Shown: positions 50,429-60,000 of the stretch, in pieces
Position numbering within the stretch: position 1 is the stretch's first letter
Layout: each line of letters opens with the position of its first letter
Source: Felis catus
Lineage: Eukaryota
Assembly: GCF_018350175.1 (NCBI RefSeq)
Contig: NC_058368.1
Coordinates: 103,232,001 to 103,292,000, forward strand
Reading direction: 5' to 3'
DNA: 60,000 nucleotides
Translations under genes and position numbers: made by a program
Notes under the pieces: generated by a model
What the model was told of the DNA's origin: nothing
Seen by the model: the letters and a program-made list of their open reading frames with translations, nothing else
Database searches by the model: none

Positions 50429-50658
50429 TTCCCTACAACTAATTTTTAGGGAGTTGGTCCCCCCAAACCTGATTTTAGCTCAGGTTTTCCAGATTGCTGA
50501 AATGCTGCAGAGAACGCCAAGCAGAAAAAAAATAACAAAAGAAGCACACCTTGATGCATCCTATTCAAGCCAGTGAAACATCAAAGATAAAGTCCTAAAC
50601 GAAGCCAGAGAGAAAAAAAGAAACTTTACAAAAAGTAACATTTTTTCATCAGAAACTA

Positions 50659-51207
50659 CGGTTGACCCGTAAACAACATGGAGTAGGGGTGCCCACTCCC
50701 CCCAACATACAGTCACTGATCCACAGACAACTTCCGACTCTCCAAAAGCTTAACTACCAAAAGCCAAATGACTGGAAGCCTCAGTGATAACATAAACAGT
50801 GGATTAACACATATTTTGTATGTTACAGGTGTTATATACTGTATTCTTTTTTTTAATTTTTTTTAATGTTTATTTATTTTTGAAGGAGAGAGAGAGAGAC
50901 AGGGTGTGAGCAGGGGAGGGGCAGAGAGAGAGGGAGACACAGAATCGGAAGCAGGCTCCAGGCTCCCAGCCGTCAGCACAGAGCCCGACGTGGGGCTCGA
51001 ACTCACAAACTGCGAGATCATGACCTGAGCCGAAGTCGGACGCTTAAATGACTGAGCCACCCAGGCGCCCCTACATACTGTATTCTTATAATAAAATAAG
51101 AGGGAAGAAAATGTTATTAAGAAAATCATAAGGGAGAGAAAATACATTTGTAGTACTTTGCATGTAAGTATTCACAGCTCAAACCCACATGGTTTAAGGG
51201 GCAGCTA
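50659..51207 (-). mobile_element. Tigger2a-like DNA transposon relic with a nested SINE
   Basis: TA-CGGTTGACCCGTAAACAAC ... TTTAAGGGGCAGCTA-TA termini; ATAACATAAACAGTGGATTAACACATATTTTGTATG; AAAATGTTATTAAGAAAATCATAAG. Confidence 0.85.
50849..51071 (-). mobile_element. Can/SINEC SINE, CpG-rich and fairly young
   Basis: TSD TA(T/C)ATACTGTATTCTT at 50833-50848 and 51072-51087. Confidence 0.97.
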
Positions 51208-51364
51208 TATACTAGCCAGAAGATGACCCTGACCACATCTTTAAGGCAGGAAAAAAATCAAAAAGGTCATCTTTGCATTCTAGTCCCAGTGAAAATACCT
51301 GAAACACAAAGGTTAAATAAAATGCCATCGAATATGCCATCACTTATGAATTTTTTCACAGCCT

Positions 51365-52120
51365 TTTTTTAAAAAAGTAAATTCTTTATTTTTAGATACT
51401 TTCACCAAATAGTCGTAAAACAAAATACAGAGAAATCCTATGTACCCTTTAGCAAATTTCTCCGAATGGTAACATTTTGCCAAACTCTACTACCAGTGAG
51501 ATACAGACATGATATAGTCAACATTTAAAAAGCTACATTTCCAAAAGGATTCCTTATAATTCTATTCATAGCCACAGCCACCTCCTCCCACCATCCCTGA
51601 CTCCGACAACAATTTATTCTCCATTTCTATCATTCTGTCATTGTAAGAATGTTACATCAATGGAATCAAAACACCTTTCAAGATGGACTCTTTAAACTGA
51701 GCACAATTACCTCAAAATTCATCCAAGTTGTTTCATATCAATAGCTTTTTCTTTTTCTTTTTTTTTTAATTACCGGGTAACATTTCATGCTATAGATGCC
51801 TCGTAGTTAATTTAACCAATCATCTGTTGAAAGACATCTGGGCTGTTTTCAGTAGGGGCTATTTTGAATAAAGCTGTTAAGAGTATGTGTCTACAGGTTT
51901 TGGTGAGAGCACAGATTTCACTTCTCTGTGACAAATGCCCAAGAGAATGGCTGCCGCTGCATTGTATGGGAGTTCCAAGTATACTATTACAGGGAACATC
52001 AAACTGTTTTCCAGATGGATTACAATTTTACATTTCCATTAACATTGTACGACTGACCTAGTTTCTCTAAATTTTACCAACATTTAGGGTTGCCATTATA
52101 TTTTATTTTTGCCATTGTCC
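51365..52120 (-). mobile_element. Old L1MC/L1MD-type 3' end
   Basis: ATACAGAGAAATCCTATGTACCCTTT...AATGGTAACATTTTGC; TTTAACCAATCATCTGTTGAAAGACATCTGGGCTG. Confidence 0.8.
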
Positions 52121-52285
52121 TATTCTGTTTGGTCAAGTGGAGGGATGAGCTGGGTCACTAGGTTAAGGGTTGGGATCTCCAGGATCTTCTTTTGTTGGGT
52201 GGTGAATGGGAGGTCATGAAACACCTTGCCATTATGCGTTTCCTCCAGTTCTGGAGTCTTTAATCAGTTCTCCCTCCTCTTGTCT

Positions 52286-52777
52286 ATATGAGGTTCCTAC
52301 TGAGGCTGTAAGAAACTACTGGAAATATGGTGGACTACAGTAACACAAATTTATTTTCCTATAGTTCTTCAGGTCAGACACCCAAAACTGTGTTTCTTTT
52401 GGCTAAAATCCAAGTGTAGGCTGGGCTGGTTCCTTCTGGAAGCTCTCGGGGAGACTGCCTTTTCCAGTTTCCAGGGGCTGCCTGTATTCCTTGGCTTGTG
52501 GCCCCTTTCTCCATATCCAAAGCCAGTAGCACAGTATCTTCAAATTCTCTCTGCTTCCATCATGAGATAGCCGTCCTTTCCTAACTCTGACCCTCAGGCC
52601 TTACTCTTAGGAGGATCTTTGTAAGGGACCCTTCTAGATAACCCAGGACAATCTCCTCATCTCCGAATCTGTCATTTAATCCCATCTGTAAAATCCCTTC
52701 TGCCATGCAAAGTAACATTCGGATCCCAAGCATTAGGATGTAGACATCTTTGGGGGACATAATTCAGCCTACCATAC
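52286..52777 (-). mobile_element. MaLR solo LTR (MLT1B/C-like)
   Basis: AACACAAATTTATTTTCCTATAGTTCT...GGTTCCTTCTGGAAGCTCT...ATAATTCAGCCTACCATA. Confidence 0.85.
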
Positions 52778-52862
52778 TACTTTTCAGAGTTGTCTGGTTG
52801 TCTCTTATGTTCTTTCTAGGCTATGTTGTTGACTTAGCGGGAAGGGAGAAGAAAGAGACAAG

Positions 52863-53239
52863 TGTTATTGGCTCAAGGTTTGTGTCCCTCTTAAATTCAT
52901 ATGCTGACATCCTAACCTCCAATGTGATGATATTAGGAGGTGGAGATTTTGAAGTGATTAATTTAAGTAATGAAGTTATCAGGGCTCTGTCCTCTTGAAT
53001 GAGATTTACACTCTTATGAAAGAGACCCCAGAGAGCTCTCTCACCCCTTTTTACCATGTGGGGACACAGGAAGAAGATGGCCATCTGCCACCTGGAAGAG
53101 TGAGGGTCCTCACCAGAATGTGAATATGCTGGCACCCTGATCTCCAACTTGGAGCCTCCAGAACTGTGAGAAATAAATTTCTGTAGTTTATAAACCACCC
53201 AGTCTACTATGCTTCGTTACAGCAGTCTGAGTTAAGACA
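52863..53239 (+). mobile_element. MaLR solo LTR (MLT1A-like)
   Basis: TGTTATTGGCT...AAATTCATATGCTGACATCCTAACC...CCTCCAGAACTGTGAGAAATAAATTTCTG...TAAGACA; near-TSD ACAAG/ACAAA. Confidence 0.9.
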
Positions 53240-53339
53240 ACAAATATAGGCCATCTTGCTCAGACTAGCAGCATACTATTATTTTTGTCTCTAGCTTTGT
53301 GTCATATTCAAATTTTATAAGTGCCCTTTTCTGTTTGTT

Positions 53340-53560
53340 TTTAATTCAAATCATCGATCAAAATACTGAACAAGACAAGGCCAAAGACAAGGCTATAGAG
53401 TCCTATAGCACAGTTTAGGAATGTCTCATTTTGGTCCTATCGGAATATGGTTGGGATCATGAATCCATTGTTTGCATCATCACCAAGTTTACCCTTCTCC
53501 ATCTTTCCTTTAAGTATATAAAAGAAATTTTGTAGGATGCTCTACTGAAATCACAATGAT
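53340..53560 (-). mobile_element. L3/CR1 LINE reverse-transcriptase fragment, ancient
   Basis: AAATCATCGATCAAAATACTGAACAAGACAAGGCCAAAGACA and TTGTAGGATGCTCTACTGAAATC resemble antisense CR1 RT motifs (LGPVLFNIFIND, DFSKAFD). Confidence 0.6.
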
Positions 53561-55548
53561 GATAACGTTGCTCTCACGAACAGATTAGGGAATCCTCTAA
53601 ATAAATTGTGCTCGTTTTGAGTACACTTTCCTTATTTAGTAGACTCTAAACATCATTTTTTAATTGAAATCACTCCAGGTTCTCTACCTCATAAGATGTT
53701 ATAGAATTATGGCAGAAATACTCGTATCACTGCTCTGATAAACTCCAAATCCATCTCTTTCCCTTTTTCAAACTTGGGATTAGAACACTCTGACTGCATC
53801 TTTGAAACCTCTATACTTGGATCCCTACCATTGTTAATGACAGTTCTAACATCAGATTTGCAGAGCCTTGCCTCTTGGGATGTCATTCTTCTTGGTCTGT
53901 AGAGAGATGTTATTGAGAAATAAGCAAGTCCCTTAATTGGCATTTCATGTCGGTATTGAAATCTCTCCTATAAAACTCCCATTTATTCTCTGACTTTTCC
54001 ATGTTCAAAATCACCGTTACCACTAGAGCACTTCAGCCACCCATCTCCTCGCACGGGTGTTATACTCAATAGGTGACCGTCACTGTGCTCGGCGCAGGGT
54101 GTGCAAAGGCGAAAACATTGATTATCTAGTAACACTTCAGTCATCGGTTAGCAGTGTACCACTTCCAGCAGTGATCCTATCCCTTCTCTGTTCACAGGGT
54201 TCCTGGACATGGCTTCCACAGCCTTTTCTTATCCTTAGCAGTTCCTCAGGCTTCCATAACCCTGGCCTCTAACCTCCTGATCCTGCTCTTGTAAGTCTAC
54301 GCAGCTCTTTTATTTTCATTCCTTGCTATGTGCCCCTCTTTCTACCTCTTCCACATGTTCATTTATAGTCTCTGCTCTTGGGAAACCTTCTTGGGCAGCT
54401 AAATCAGTTCCCTGGGAAATATTTTCTTCTCCATTTGAATGGAGACTGTACAAACTGAAGTTCATTTTCCTACCACACTCCTTGGACAACATTCCCTTTT
54501 AAGGCTCACACGAAAGACAAATCTGATTTTTTTTTAAGTGCTTTTGAAATCTGTTTTTTAAATACCTTAGTCCCATGTCTGGTTACAGTCAGTGTTTGTT
54601 TCCACTTAGTCACTTCCCATCATGAATACTTTCTTGCTTTTTGATCAGAATTAGCTTCACAGAAGCAGCATCTTAATTTCTTCATTTGTCTTAAGAAACG
54701 TAAAAAGAATACGTTAGGTGCTCCTTCTTCAGCACAATTAGATTCCCAGATGGTTGAAACTTATGACTTTACCTTAATAGGTTTTCCCTTTCTTCTGCTG
54801 TTTATAGTAAAAATCATGTTTAAGTACAATCTTGATTATTTTCTCAAAATGCCTTTCCTAAACAAAGACATTGAAACCATTCTTCCACCAGTTCCTTCCC
54901 TAAATATTATAAAATTTCCACAAAGAGCCATGTCATTTTTTTTTTTTTGGCTCTACTTACAACAAACCAGCTGTCTACAGAGCTATCAGCAGGGTTTATT
55001 TTTCTTGGCCTACATGCAAACCTCTAGTTATTAATATGGGTGTGAGTTCTCCTTGCTGACAATTTAAGATAAAGTAAATTGGAAGTGACATAAAGGAGCG
55101 TGTGTGTGTTAATGTGCGTCACTGAGGTTCTTTCCTGACATCCTGAAAGGTCTCCTCTGGATGGCCCGCACCAGCAGCCACCGCAAGTAACCTCATGCTA
55201 TTAAAGGCTGGGCATTCTCATTGATTTGTAAAAGTGACAGATGCAGCCTGTGATTGTAAATTAGCAATGTGAAGTCAGTCCCGAGAGATCCCCAGGCAGG
55301 CTCCCCCAACTTCCCACCTCCCAGCAATTATTTGGCTATTTCTCAAGCTTTTTAACATTTCCTCCGACCTGCTGCAGTGAGTCCTTTGGGGTTTGGCTTA
55401 TCTTTTTCTTCCCTTTTTCTCCTTACTTTATAGTCCTTCAAACCAAAATAGTTTAACCATGGAAAATTATGTCAACATTACAATTGTTCATATCTTCACC
55501 TTCTGGATCTCTGGATGATAATATTGTTTTTGGACACTGTCCATATCA

Positions 55549-55734
55549 CAGTGCTTCACAAACTTCACTGTGCATAGAAATCACCTAGAGTGCTTATTAA
55601 AAATGCAGATTTCTAAGCCCCCTGCCCAGAGATTGTGATTCGGCAGGTCTGGCAGGCAGCCTGTGGTTGTCTGTTTACTGTGCTCTCCAGGTGACCTTTA
55701 TGCAGGTGGTCTGCGGACTGCCTTTGAGAAGCCT
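55549..55734. mobile_element. MER5A/MER5B-like hAT MITE
   Basis: CAGTGCTTCACAAACTT...AATCACCTAGAGTGCTTATTAAAAATGCAGATT...TTTGAGAAGC. Confidence 0.8.
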
Positions 55735-56515
55735 AAGATTTAATCCTTAATCTCTTCTCAAGCTGAAATTATGTGTTTCTTTCTATTTTTAACTAGTTTC
55801 TATTTTCCGTAGGCAATGCTTTTACGAGCGAAGACTATGGTTCTGCAGGGTTGAAATGCACTCTTCTGAGACCTGAAGCATTCTACAGTGTCACAGGGAG
55901 GAGACAAGGGCGCAGGAGGCATGGGCGCCGGGCACAGGCTCTGCCCTAAATGCTCTCTCATGTTATGTCTATGGGGGGCTTGTTTAGAAGGCACCTCAGC
56001 CCACCCTTGATAAGAGCAACATTTCACTCTTGAGAGATTCGTCGTGTAGACATTTTATATCAAATTAGATACTACCTCTACAGAGCCACATTTTTAAAAA
56101 AAGAGCATGTTCGTATAAAATATTGAAACACCATTAAATTTATAAGGCAACTAATGCTATAGCACCTTAATCAAAAGCAAAATACCACATGATGAAATGT
56201 CATGACTTCAAAATGCGTAGGAACAAACTTTGGCCCAGACTAAATGTCAGCAGTAAAATACTTGGTAATGAAATGAGCAAGACCAAAGGTCAGGCTTCCA
56301 TAAAAATCCCATTCTAGCTCCAGCTTCGTTTTAAATCATTGCAGATTATGTACGGTAAGCTGTCTATATTTCCAAGTGAGATGTCCTTCCCATGAACTTC
56401 AGGCTGGGTATTGCTCAGGAGAGTGGAAGGTTCCAGCCTAGGAAGCTGTACTTTGCAGTACTTTTCCTCTTCCTCTGCTTTTCAAGTTGTAGAAGCCTGT
56501 CTTGGTGACTTCTTT

Positions 56516-56650
56516 TTATTTATATTATATTATATTATATTATATTATATTATATTATATTATATATATTATATTATATATTATATTATATTATATATTA
56601 TATATATTATATTATATTTACTTATTTAAATTTATATATTTTATTTATTT
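56516..56650. repeat. (TATAT)n AT-only tract forming the tail of the adjacent SINE
   Basis: TTATA/TATAT units, almost no G or C. Confidence 0.92.
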
Positions 56651-56832
56651 TTCAAGATTATTTATTTTGAGAGAGAGGCTTGAGCAGGGGAAGGGCAGAG
56701 AAAGAATCCCAAGCAGGCTTCACGCTGTCAGCACAGAGCCCGACATGGAACTTGATCCCATGAACCGTGAGATCATGACCTCAGCCGAAATCAAGTCATA
56801 TGCTTAACCGACTGAGCCACCCAGGTGTCCCC
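56651..56832 (-). mobile_element. Can/SINEC SINE
   Basis: AGAATCCCAAGCAGGCTTCACGCTGTCAGCACAGAGCCCGAC...GAGCCACCCAGGTGTCCC. Confidence 0.94.
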
Positions 56833-57066
56833 AGATCTCGTTTTAGATGAGCCTGTAATATTCTATAGAATAAATGAGTGATTTACGGCCTCTCACATCC
56901 TGGTTTGACCCAGAACATCTCACCTTATACTCTGTTGCAGAAAAATTGTAACTGTTTTTTAGTATTCTTTTTTACCCTCAAGAATGCCCAAATTATGGTC
57001 AATCAGTAAAAGTCTTCAGGTAAATGATTAGTTAGATCATGATGTCGTTTTGTTTGGAATCATCCA

Positions 57067-57244
57067 CTGCTGTGATTCTCCACCTGAACATGGATCGGAA
57101 TCACTTACAGTACTTATTAAAACAAAGTGAGGAGCCCCATCTCCAGGAATTTTGATGTGGGTGGGACCCGAGAATTCACATTTCTTTTAATTCCCAGATG
57201 ATGCTTGTGCTGCTGGTCCAGGGACCATACTGTAAGGACCAATG
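57067..57244. mobile_element. MER5A-like hAT MITE
   Basis: GGAATCACTTACAGTACTTATTAAAACA...TTCCCAGATGATGCTTGTGCTGCTGGTCCAGGGACCATACT. Confidence 0.8.
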
Positions 57245-57565
57245 ACCTACTGGCCTTTCATTTTACTCACAGTAAAAGCCAAAATCCTTAAAATGGCCTA
57301 AAAACTCAGATGATCTGGCTGACAGCTACCTTTTGGACATTTCACTTGCTAATCTGCTTTCTCCCTTCCAGCCACACCGTCATCCCTGCTGCAGCAGGAA
57401 TAAGCAGGCAGTCCCTCCTGCCTGGAGGGGTCTACCAGCTCCTTCCATGGTCTATTTCCTCAACTCCAGGAAGTATTTATTCAAGCTCTCAGTAAAGTTC
57501 CCGGGACCACCCTCATCAAAATTACAACCCAACCACCCAGCTCTTTTAGCTCACTCAAAAGTTCC

Positions 57566-58065
57566 TTTTTTTTTTATTAAAAAAAAATTTTTTTTTAATT
57601 TTAAAGAGAGAGACAGAGCGTGCGCACGTGAGAGGCGGAGACGGGCAAGAGGAGAGAGAGAGAGAGAGACAGAGAAAGAGAGAATCTTAAGCAGGCTCTA
57701 TATAGCACAGAATCCAACACAGGTCTCAATCCCATGACCCCGGGATCATGACCTGAGCCAAAATCAAGAGTAGGACGTTCAGGGGCACCTGGGTGACTCA
57801 GTCAGTGAAGTGTCCGACTTTGGCTCAGGTAATGATCTCATGGTTCGTGGGTACGAGCCCCACGTCAGGCTCTGTGCTGACAGCTCACAGCCCGGAGCCT
57901 GCTTCAGATTCTGTGTCTCCCTCTCCCTCTGCCCTTCTCTCACTCGTACTGTCTTTCTCTCTCTCTCAAAAATAAATAAATGTTAAAAATAAATAAATAA
58001 ACATTTTTAAAAAATCTGAAAAAATAACAGTGGGACGTTCAACCGACTGAGCCACCCAGGCACCC
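57566..58065 (-). mobile_element. Can/SINEC SINE (host), split by a nested SINE
   Basis: T-tail, (GA)n, ...GATCATGACCTGAGCCAAAATCAAGAGTAGGACGTTCA, then resumes ACCGACTGAGCCACCCAGGCACCC. Confidence 0.93.
57782..58025 (+). mobile_element. Can/SINEC SINE nested in the opposite-strand SINE
   Basis: GGGGCACCTGGGTGACTCAG head; TSD AA(G/C)AGT(A/G)GGACGTTCA at 57766-57781 and 58026-58041. Confidence 0.95.
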
Positions 58066-60000
58066 TCAAGTATTTTTTTGTTTTTTGTTTTTTGTTTTTG
58101 TTCTTGTTTTTTCACAGAACGTAGCGATTTGTAACATTTCACTCCATTAACTGTCTACAATGCCACCTCAATGTAAGCCCTGCGAAGGAACATCCTCTGC
58201 TTTGTGTAATGATCTGGAACACCTTGATGAGAGCCTGGCATATGATAGGCATTTTAATACAGGTTCACGAAAGAAGGAATGCATCATCAATTTTGGTTGT
58301 GCCTTTTTACATAAATTAGTAAAGCATGTGACGGCTAGCAGACTACCACGGAATCCTAAGGTACTGTAAACACATAGATAACTAGATGCATACAATTTTA
58401 GGATCAGAATTTAATGCTCAAACTTTGGACTTGCGACTGTCTCATGTCCAACCTTTTTACTCATCAAGTTTGTGAAGCGTTATGAAATCTCTGTGCTGTA
58501 AAATCTTTGTGCTGTTCAATTAGCACATAAATGTCACGCATCCTTAACTTTATTTTAACACATCTGTGGGTCAGTCCTTCTCCAACTATCTTCCTGGCTC
58601 TTTCACCCCTTACCACCACAGTTTCAAAAGTCCAACATTATCTGTTTCTATGGAAACTATTAGAAATGTAACACGTGTGATACGTGTGATACGTAAGAAA
58701 AAGAGGTAATAGGAAGAATTGATCCAGAAGTGTCACCTGCATTATGCGCTGTTTCAAACCTCTGCAAGAAGTGATTTTGCAAACAATAATACTCTTTCTG
58801 AAGGGCAATGTTAGAAGGCTGGAAAGATCACTGTTTCATCTGAGTTAATGGTTCACAAGTTCATGATGAATTACACTCCATTCTCTTGCAAGATTCTTTG
58901 TCATCACTGTATTTTAAAAACCTGTCTTTTGATTGTCTTCTAAATACCGCTTCCTTTTAATCTCAAAGTCTGTGTGGTGGTGGACGCCCTCATTATCCCA
59001 CCATCACACCCAACCTGCCCTCAGCCGAAAAGTTAACCCTCCATTTCTGTCGCTCTCCTGTTGTATACCTACTTGTACAGCAGAAATTATGGGCTGGATT
59101 TTTTGAAACCAGTCAGTTAATTTGGCAACCCCTTTAAAGCATATCATTTTTCTATCCCTTCCATCAAAAACATGTCACTGGAGCTCCTCTTCATGTTTCA
59201 GAGGAAAGAAAATATTCTTGCGAGAAACTGGATCCAATCAGAGAAAATAAGCTCAGTAATTACAGGCATATAGGCTTCCTAGAGGAAAGACACATTTTTT
59301 CTTTAATAGTTCAGCTGCTGTCATCAATTATTCAAAGCCCAATTTAGATGTTGTTGTTCTTTAAACTCTACTGGTTAACCGATTTGGGATTAATGTGTTA
59401 GCACTGGCCATAAGCTACCTCACCCTGCATTCACTTGTAAACTGCTCTCTGCTCTGTGGAACCCAGTTCCCCTGGCTCTTAATTAACTACTCTGACCATC
59501 CTGTAAGGCTAAGCAGACTGATTAGCCCCACAAGCGGAGCGGCCAACACATTGATGGCTCATTTTTATTTGACACGGAGGTTTAGGGGTCTGGTTCAGGG
59601 GTCTCGGTGGTATTTTTTTTTCCTCCCAAACCCAGTTTGTAACAGAATGTTTTCTAAATGACTATTTCTCCTGGAAGAGTAGAAATACAAATATGTCAAA
59701 GCTGTCAAAACTGTTGACTCCTAAGATAATCACTCAATGGGAAGAAAGCACATTAAAAATAAAATGGAGAGAACCCAAGAAATTCAAGTGACCCATGGTC
59801 ACTGCACTATTTTGTCACATTTCATGATTTCAGACCTGTAACGACCTATGCAGGATCTCTGAATTGTCCTGGGTGCCTATCTCTAAAAACTTCCTTATTG
59901 TTCCCTTTTTTTTTGTTTTTTTTTGTCCTCAGCTTGGAAGCTGTCTGTTGTCTTACCTTAGCCATTCCCTACAGTCGCTTTGCTACATTCCCAAAGGGCA

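Larger units (their letters stand above)
57248..58285 (+). mobile_element. L2 3' region interrupted by nested SINEs
   Basis: AGTAAAAGCCAAAATCCTTAAAATGGCCTA; AATGTAAGCCCTGCGAAGG; AGAGCCTGGCATATGATAGGCA. Confidence 0.75.

Noticed and set aside
53608..53625. GTGCTCG... resembling the U6 snRNA 5' end
   Set aside because: Only about seven bases match; the rest of U6 is absent.
7027..58065. Recurring GGGGCGCCTGGGTGGCTCAG motif as tRNA genes or a CRISPR-like array
   Set aside because: The copies are dispersed, ~200 bp long, and have (CT)n, A-tails and TSDs, so they are Can SINEs. There is no regular repeat-spacer periodicity.
1..60000. Host protein-coding genes among the ORF-track entries
   Set aside because: All ORFs are short (at most 193 aa) and are L1 remnants, SINE translations (AQVMIS..., LSLSL...), microsatellite read-throughs or unrecognisable. 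I saw no consistent exon chain. A small exon cannot be excluded without alignment.

Overview
Mammalian, almost certainly felid (cat-family), non-coding DNA. It is AT-rich and CpG-poor, and I find no credible host protein-coding exon, intact RNA gene, CpG island or prokaryotic feature. About 22 tRNA-derived carnivore SINEs (Can/SINEC, with two young felid SINEC_Fc-type copies) are present. There is one full-length but dead 6.1-kb L1 with a target-site duplication (TSD) at 17429-23529 (+) and a 5'-truncated ~4.9-kb L1 at 26961-31848 (-). The rest is older L1, L2, L3 and MIR fragments, MaLR/ERVL solo LTRs, DNA-transposon relics (MER58B, MER47/Tigger5, Tigger2-like, MER5) and microsatellites. All recognisable ORFs in the track are L1 remnants or repeat artefacts. 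I did not find a convincing new biological system. The most interesting observations are mechanistic: (1) a tailless 5'-half tRNA-Cys retrocopy; (2) two independent SINE-in-SINE insertions at the same host-SINE position and orientation; (3) a SINE and an L1 fragment with double A-tails suggesting short 3' transductions; (4) a zero-spacer inverted SINE pair; (5) several repeat-free candidate regulatory blocks. Repeat family names come from recall of consensus sequences, not from a database search, and old-element boundaries are approximate.
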